Below, piece by piece: positions 58,343 through 64,000 of a DNA stretch of 64,000 nucleotides. Under the pieces are notes generated by a model. The model saw only the letters and a list, made by a program, of their open reading frames with translations, ran no database searches and was not told the DNA's origin. The stretch's first letter is position 1; each line of letters starts with the position of its first letter. The position numbers were made by a program, and so were the translations under genes. This DNA comes from a bacterium. Lineage in GTDB: Bacteria > Patescibacteriota > Minisyncoccia > UBA6257 > GWB1-50-10. Location: assembly GCA_021814165.1 (NCBI GenBank), contig JAKAIX010000002.1, positions 136,501-200,500 on the forward strand, in the 5' to 3' direction.

Positions 58343-59839
58343 ATGACCCGCTTTTGGGAAATATTACCTGGTGCCGCCGCGTGGGGCACCCTTCTTCTTC
58401 TGGTGGCGCTTTCATGGCAGGCACCGGTCGTGGTGGTCGTATTTATTCTCCTTTACGACTTATATTGGCTCCTAAAGCTTGTTTATCTCTTCTTCCATCT
58501 TCGCTTCTCGTTCGCGAGGATGCGGGCGAACATGAAGCTGGACTGGCTTGAGAAGCTAAAGTCGGAAGAGCGGGGGAAGTGGGAGGATGTTCATCACCTT
58601 GTGATATTCCCCATGTATCACGAGCCGCACAACCTGGTGCGCGAGAGTTTCTTAAGCCTGATACATTCGAATTATCCAAAGGACAGACTGTTTGTAGCGC
58701 TTGGAGTCGAAGAGCGTGGCGGGGCGGGCGACGCGGAAGTCGCGGAAAAAATCAAGGAAGAATTCGGTTCGTCCTTTAAGTCGTTTTCTATCGTAACCCA
58801 TCCCGATGCCATCGAAGGGGAGCTCAAGGGGAAAAGCGCGAATGTCACATGGGCGGCGCGGCACATAGTGAGGGAGGTGATCGATCCGTCCGGCGTTCCT
58901 TACGCACGCATCATCGTCTCGGTTTTCGATATGGATAGCCGCACCGAACGCGACTACTTCGGAGTGCTTACGTACGCGTTCCTTACCTCACCGCATCCGG
59001 ATCGCTCAAGTTACCAGCCGATTCCGCTTTTTATCAATAATGTTCACTATGCGCCGTTCTTTGCGCGACTCGTCGGATTTTCCTCAAGTTTCTGGCAGCT
59101 GATGCAGGAATCCCGCGAGGAGCAGCTTGTCACTTTTTCTTCCCACAGCATGCCGCTCCAAGCCGTCGTCGATATCGATTATTGGGATACGAACATCGTA
59201 TCCGAGGACTCGAGAATTTTTTTCAAATGTTTTTCGCATTATGGAGGCGACTGGCGCGTCGTTCCGCTTTTCTACCCGATCTATATGGATGCTATTGAGG
59301 GAGCGACGCTCCGCCAGGCGGCGGCAAGCTTGTATAAACAGCAGCGTCGCTGGGCATGGGGAGCGGAAAACATCTCGTACCTTGCCCGTGATTTTAGGGA
59401 AAAAGGGAAAACCATTCCGCGGCGCACCAAGTGGTTCTGGCTCTGGACGCTTTTTGAGGGATCGTACTCGTGGGCGACCAGCTCTTTCGTTATCTTCTTT
59501 TTCGGATGGCTTCCGAATTTGATAGGGGGAAGCGCTTTCACGAGTTCGGTGCTCTCCTACAATCTTCCGCGGTTCACGGGATGGATTCTGAACATAGGAT
59601 CGGTCGGCATAATTGCTTCCGCGTTTTTCTCCGTGATACTTCTCGCCCCGCGAATAAAAGGATTCAAGGCGTGGCATTACACCTTATACCTCCTGCAATG
59701 GATCGCTACGCCGGTTATTTTCGTGTTTTTCAGCTCGCTTCCCGCGATCGACGGCCTGACGCGTCTCATGCTCGGAGGAAAATTCCGTCTCGGATATTGG
59801 AAGACGCCAAAAGCGGGGGCGCGCCCCGTAGCGCAGTAA
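58343..59839 (+). CDS. GT2 family membrane glycosyltransferase
   Basis: Motifs GKSAN, DMD, SED, QQRRWAWG. Confidence 0.88.
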   Translation: MTRFWEILPGAAAWGTLLLLVALSWQAPVVVVVFILLYDLYWLLKLVYLFFHLRFSFARMRANMKLDWLEKLKSEERGKWEDVHHLVIFPMYHEPHNLVRESFLSLIHSNYPKDRLFVALGVEERGGAGDAEVAEKIKEEFGSSFKSFSIVTHPDAIEGELKGKSANVTWAARHIVREVIDPSGVPYARIIVSVFDMDSRTERDYFGVLTYAFLTSPHPDRSSYQPIPLFINNVHYAPFFARLVGFSSSFWQLMQESREEQLVTFSSHSMPLQAVVDIDYWDTNIVSEDSRIFFKCFSHYGGDWRVVPLFYPIYMDAIEGATLRQAAASLYKQQRRWAWGAENISYLARDFREKGKTIPRRTKWFWLWTLFEGSYSWATSSFVIFFFGWLPNLIGGSAFTSSVLSYNLPRFTGWILNIGSVGIIASAFFSVILLAPRIKGFKAWHYTLYLLQWIATPVIFVFFSSLPAIDGLTRLMLGGKFRLGYWKTPKAGARPVAQ

Positions 59840-59843
59840 TACC

Positions 59844-60362
59844 ATGCAGGAATATGTGACCGACGCAATCGTGCTTTCCGTGCATCCGCGCGGTGAAGCG
59901 GACCGCGCGATCGATTGCTACACGGAGCAGCTGGGGAGAATCGAAGTACGCATGATAGGAGGGAGAAAGCCGCTTTCAAAACTTTCTCCTCATTGCGACG
60001 TGGGCAGCCTGGTGGTGATCCGTCTTGTTGAAAAAAACCAATTCACTCTTATTGATGCGCTACGAGCGATGCCTTCCCGCATTCTTTCTCCGGCCGCACT
60101 CCGCGTGATCGGGCTCATCCGCGCGCTTGCGCCGAAGGGAGTTTCCGACGCGCGTCTCTGGGAAGCGCTGAAGCGAGTCGTATGCGGGAGCGGGGAGAGT
60201 ATCGCGGTGTTTTTCAAGCTATTGGGATATGATTCGACGTCCGCATCCTGCGAAGCGTGCGGGGAAAACCCCGTTTCACTGTTCTCGCTCCCGCACCATG
60301 AATTTTTCTGCGATCAATGCGGCGCTCGACTGCCCGAGAGCGACATAGTATATTGTTCATAA
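59844..60362 (+). CDS. recO: DNA repair protein RecO (short)
   Basis: AIVL....GEADR....TEQLG; C-terminal CEAC..CDQC zinc finger. Confidence 0.85.
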   Translation: MQEYVTDAIVLSVHPRGEADRAIDCYTEQLGRIEVRMIGGRKPLSKLSPHCDVGSLVVIRLVEKNQFTLIDALRAMPSRILSPAALRVIGLIRALAPKGVSDARLWEALKRVVCGSGESIAVFFKLLGYDSTSASCEACGENPVSLFSLPHHEFFCDQCGARLPESDIVYCS

Positions 60363-60366
60363 CGCG

Positions 60367-62190
60367 ATGACACTTCGTGATCTCGAAAAAAGAATCGAGG
60401 CGTTTCAGAAACGGCAATCGAAACGCGCCGTTTCGCGGAGGAGAAAAAAGACGAACGATGCTCCGCCGAACTGGCTCAAGAAAACGCTTCTTATAGGAAC
60501 GGGGATAGGGTTCGGCATCATCGCACTCGGCGCGCTTTTCATTGTCATGTATATGAGCGCACCGAGGGGGGTGAGCGTTGACGTATACACGGAACGCAGC
60601 GTAACGCGCGGAGTGCCGTTTGAGGTGTCGGTGAGCGTAACGAATAACGCCAGCATGACGCTTCAAAACGGGAGCATTACCCTGAATCTCCCGGACGGTA
60701 TTGTTGCTGCGGGACCGGGCGCGGATCCCTCGATAGTGACCGATACGATCGGAGAACTGAAATCGGGAGGCCTCAATAAAAAAACGTACACGCTGATACC
60801 GGTAGCGGAACAGGGAAACGAAATGAAAATCACCGCGGTATTTTCTTATGAGACGAAACCGGGATCGCGTTTTGATGCGAAGAATGACGCGACAGTAGCG
60901 GTGGGCGACTCCGTAATCGCGCTCTCGGTGAAAAAACCCGATCAGGCACTCGAGGGATCCACCTTTTCGTTCGATGTTGCTTATGTCAATACGTCGGACT
61001 CCGGACTCAAGGATGTCTCGCTTGAAGCGGATTACCCCGATGGATTCCGTTTTGATTCATCCTCGATCCCTCCCTCGTCGTTTACGAACTACTGGGATCT
61101 TGGCGATCTTCCCGCGCACGCCTCAGGAACGCTTACGATCTCGGGGCGGTTCGGAAACGGTTCCCAGCCCGACTTTTCGATTCCTTTGAAGATTTCCGCG
61201 AAATTCGGCGAAAAGGAATATCCCTTAGGGACAACGTCGGCCGACTTCACGCTTGCGCCCTCGCCGTTGGGACTCGAGGTCGGGATCAACGGGCAAGAAA
61301 ATTACGTAGCGCATGTGGGCGATACGCTTGAGTATTCGGTACGGTATCAGAATAACAGCGGCATTGCTCTTGCAAACCTCGCTCTGCACGCGGTCCTTGT
61401 GGGAGAACTCTTTGATTTTTCTTCGCTCTCCGCGCCGGATGCTTCATATAACGCGACCACGCACACGCTTACATGGAACTCGGCGAACAATCCCTCATTG
61501 CGGTTGGTGGACCCGGGAATATCCGGCGAAGTTCATTTTTCAATCTCGCTTAAGAACCAGTTTAAATTAAATCGCATGAATGACAGAAACTATTCCGCGC
61601 GCGCGACGATAGGCGCCGAATCGCCTTCTGTGCCGTACTACCTCTCCGCGTCACGCACATATGCGGAACGTATCATGGATACAAAAGTATCCGGAGCGGT
61701 TTCGGTCGCGTCACGGGCCTATTACCGCGACGCGTTGAGCCAGATCGCGAATGCGGGATCGCTTCCCCCGAAAGTGGGGCAGGGAACGCAGTACACGGTA
61801 CACTGGCTTCTTTCCAGTTCCGCGAACGACATAAATAACATCGAGGTGCGCGCTGCGCTTCCGGAGGGAGTGAAATGGACGGGGGTCGTGAAGAGCAACG
61901 GCGATTCCGATCCTCAATTCGATTCCGCCGCGAACGAGGTGGTATGGAATATCTCGAAATTATCCGCGAATCGCGGCGTACTCACGAGCCCGCTTGAAGC
62001 GGTATTCCAGATAGAAGCCACGCCGGGCGAAGCCCAAGTGGGCCAATACCAAACGATCCTGGGAAAGACGCGTCTTTCGGCAACCGACAGCTTTACCGGT
62101 TCCGCGCTTCAGGCGAGTGCGAATCCTTTGACGACCGCGCTTCCGTTGGACGACACCGTAAGCTCCGCGCAGGGGATAGTCGTGAAATGA
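60367..62190 (+). CDS. Membrane-anchored protein with DUF11/Ig-like beta-sandwich repeats
   Basis: One TM helix followed by repeated Y.N.S...L modules; PPKVG..T.YTV.W. Confidence 0.7.
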   Translation: MTLRDLEKRIEAFQKRQSKRAVSRRRKKTNDAPPNWLKKTLLIGTGIGFGIIALGALFIVMYMSAPRGVSVDVYTERSVTRGVPFEVSVSVTNNASMTLQNGSITLNLPDGIVAAGPGADPSIVTDTIGELKSGGLNKKTYTLIPVAEQGNEMKITAVFSYETKPGSRFDAKNDATVAVGDSVIALSVKKPDQALEGSTFSFDVAYVNTSDSGLKDVSLEADYPDGFRFDSSSIPPSSFTNYWDLGDLPAHASGTLTISGRFGNGSQPDFSIPLKISAKFGEKEYPLGTTSADFTLAPSPLGLEVGINGQENYVAHVGDTLEYSVRYQNNSGIALANLALHAVLVGELFDFSSLSAPDASYNATTHTLTWNSANNPSLRLVDPGISGEVHFSISLKNQFKLNRMNDRNYSARATIGAESPSVPYYLSASRTYAERIMDTKVSGAVSVASRAYYRDALSQIANAGSLPPKVGQGTQYTVHWLLSSSANDINNIEVRAALPEGVKWTGVVKSNGDSDPQFDSAANEVVWNISKLSANRGVLTSPLEAVFQIEATPGEAQVGQYQTILGKTRLSATDSFTGSALQASANPLTTALPLDDTVSSAQGIVVK

Positions 62191-62209
62191 CAAAGTTTGA
62201 AAATCGGTC

Positions 62210-62261
62210 TGAGGCCCGGCCTCCGAGACCTGCCTGCGCAGGCAGGGGAAGCCGGGCCTCA
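62210..62261. repeat. 52-bp composite: REP-like element with the nested 18-bp palindrome
   Basis: Inverted, near-identical architecture to 18353-18404. Confidence 0.85.
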
Positions 62262-62314
62262 TCGGTTTTTATTCATTCGTTGTAAGTTTCGGGTTATTTG
62301 TTTAGAATCTCCTT

Positions 62315-63691
62315 ATGGATTCGTTCGAAAAAATTGCGAGCCTAGCGAAGAGAAGAGGGTTCATCTATCCCGGTTCCGAAATTTACGGCGGGCTCGCGGG
62401 TACGTGGGATTACGGCCCGTTGGGTGTTGAGCTGAAACGGAATCTCAAGAACGAATTTTGGCGATCGATGGTGCAGCTTCGCGATGATGTGGTGGGTATC
62501 GATGCGGCAATCGTGATGAGCCCGAAAGTATGGGAGGCATCCGGACACCTTGAGTCATTTGCCGACCCGCTTGTGGAGTGCAAAAAATGCCACCATCGAT
62601 TTCGTCCGGACGAAATCGCAAATTCTAAATCCGAAGCACCAAATCCTAAACAAATTCGAAATTCAAAATCGGAAATTAAAAACAAAAACGAGGAACTGCG
62701 ATGCCCCGAATGTGGCGGCGAACTTACTGAGCCGAAGCAGTTTAATCTGATGGTTGAGACGTACCTCGGTGTCGTCGAGGGAGAAAAGCTAAAAACGTAT
62801 CTCCGCGGCGAGATTACGCAGGGCGTACACGTGAATTTCAAGAACGTGCTCTCCTCGACGCGCGTAAAGCCGCCGTTCGGGGTCGCTCAGATCGGGAAGG
62901 CGTTCAGAAACGAAATCACGCCGGGCGGATTTACCTTCCGATCGCGCGAATTCGAACAAATGGAGCTCCAGTTCTATACGAAACCGGACGAGGAAGAATC
63001 AATGAAGTGGTTCGAGTACTGGAAAGAGGAACGTCTTACGTGGTATCTCTCCCTCGGCGTTAAAAAAGAAAACCTTCATTTCAAAGAGCACGCGAAAGAC
63101 GAGCTCGCGCACTATGCGCGCGCCGCATTCGACATCGAATATCGGGTGGACGGCGTATGGAAAGAGATGGAAGGAATCCATCATCGCGGCGATTGGGACG
63201 TGAAACGCCATCAGGAGTCTTCGAAAGAAGATATGACATACTTCGATGAAGAGACGAAAGAGCGTTACCTGCCGTACATCGTCGAAACGTCGGGGGGGGT
63301 GGACCGGGCGGCGCTTTTTCTTCTCATCGACGCCTACGAAGAGGAGAAACTCGAAGGAGGGGACGAACGAACGGTGTTGAAGCTTCACCCGAAACTCGCG
63401 CCCTACAAAGCGGCGGTGTTTCCGCTTCTCGCAAACAAGCCGGATCTGGTAAAACTCGCGAAGACGATTTACGACGATTTGAAGAGAGAGTTTATGGTAA
63501 CGTGGGATGATCGCGGTAATATCGGAAAGCGTTATCGAGCGCAGGATGAAGCCGGAACCCCCTTTTGCGTTACCGTGGACTTCGACAGCTTGGAAAAGCA
63601 CGACGTCACCGTCCGCGACCGCGACTCGATGAAACAGGACAGGGTTTCCATTAAAGAACTCAAGAGTTATTTCTCAAAAAAATTGGAGTAG
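62315..63691 (+). CDS. glyQS: Glycine--tRNA ligase, homodimeric type
   Basis: Motifs EIYGG, DYGPLG, GKAFRNEITP, REFEQME, IGKRYRAQDEAGTP. Confidence 0.97.
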   Translation: MDSFEKIASLAKRRGFIYPGSEIYGGLAGTWDYGPLGVELKRNLKNEFWRSMVQLRDDVVGIDAAIVMSPKVWEASGHLESFADPLVECKKCHHRFRPDEIANSKSEAPNPKQIRNSKSEIKNKNEELRCPECGGELTEPKQFNLMVETYLGVVEGEKLKTYLRGEITQGVHVNFKNVLSSTRVKPPFGVAQIGKAFRNEITPGGFTFRSREFEQMELQFYTKPDEEESMKWFEYWKEERLTWYLSLGVKKENLHFKEHAKDELAHYARAAFDIEYRVDGVWKEMEGIHHRGDWDVKRHQESSKEDMTYFDEETKERYLPYIVETSGGVDRAALFLLIDAYEEEKLEGGDERTVLKLHPKLAPYKAAVFPLLANKPDLVKLAKTIYDDLKREFMVTWDDRGNIGKRYRAQDEAGTPFCVTVDFDSLEKHDVTVRDRDSMKQDRVSIKELKSYFSKKLE

Positions 63692-63818
63692 TTGGGGGCC
63701 TAACCCCGTTGTTTGTTATTTATAACACTTCCCTTCCGATCGTAGCATGAGTGTTATATCGAGGCCGGGCCTCGATAGATTTGGTGTTCCCCAAAAAAGA
63801 GGGTATGATGCTCGTTAT

Positions 63819-64000
63819 ATGAAAGAAGTGAAAAGAATCAAGTTGAAAAACGGGCTTCGGGTGATCCTCGTGCCGAAAAAAGGAAGCCTGGCGACGACCG
63901 TAATGGTGATGGTTGAAGCGGGATCGAAGTACGAGACGAAGGAGATAAACGGCATTTCGCATTTTCTGGAACATATGTGCTTTAAGGGCACGAAGGATCG
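63819..64000 (+). CDS. M16 family zinc peptidase (partial, runs off the window)
   Basis: LKNGLRV...GSKYE...GISHFLEHMCFKG (HXXEH). Confidence 0.9.
   Translation, partial: MKEVKRIKLKNGLRVILVPKKGSLATTVMVMVEAGSKYETKEINGISHFLEHMCFKGTKD

Noticed and set aside
1-64000. Alternative genetic code (UGA read as Gly, as in Gracilibacteria/Absconditabacteria)
   Set aside because: Core genes are full length under code 11, and TGA terminates genes such as glyA and rsmA at the expected positions.

Overview
Chromosomal segment of a small-genome bacterium, most consistent with Patescibacteria/CPR (Parcubacteria-like), using the standard genetic code. That assignment is inferred from the VirB2-like pilin array, the VirB6-like gene, the PaaX/Cas2-fold regulator, the homodimeric GlyRS and the short ValS. 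Most genes are housekeeping: rsmA, comM, pnp, rpsO, xer, gyrA, rpsA, ftsH, glyA, folD, recA, ftsK, nusA, murD, valS, tsaD, recO and glyQS. There are three tRNAs: Leu-UAG, Val-UAC and a rare Ile-UAU. Main observations: (1) Several families of tiny palindromic and heptameric repeats occur between genes and also in-frame inside essential genes (tsaD three times, murD, valS, glyQS, rsmA, glyA, a PMT), and some are nested inside one another. (2) A three-gene operon (circularly permuted ATP-grasp-like ligase, DmpA peptidase, Asp/Glu racemase) sits behind a complete leader-peptide attenuator. (3) A 157-nt three-way-junction RNA candidate with a possible kissing loop lies after pnp. (4) Other accessory functions include an NdvB-like glucan synthase, a K+-independent H+-pyrophosphatase, and a pilin array next to a protein O-mannosyltransferase. 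All protein calls come from motif recognition by eye; no database searches were run.
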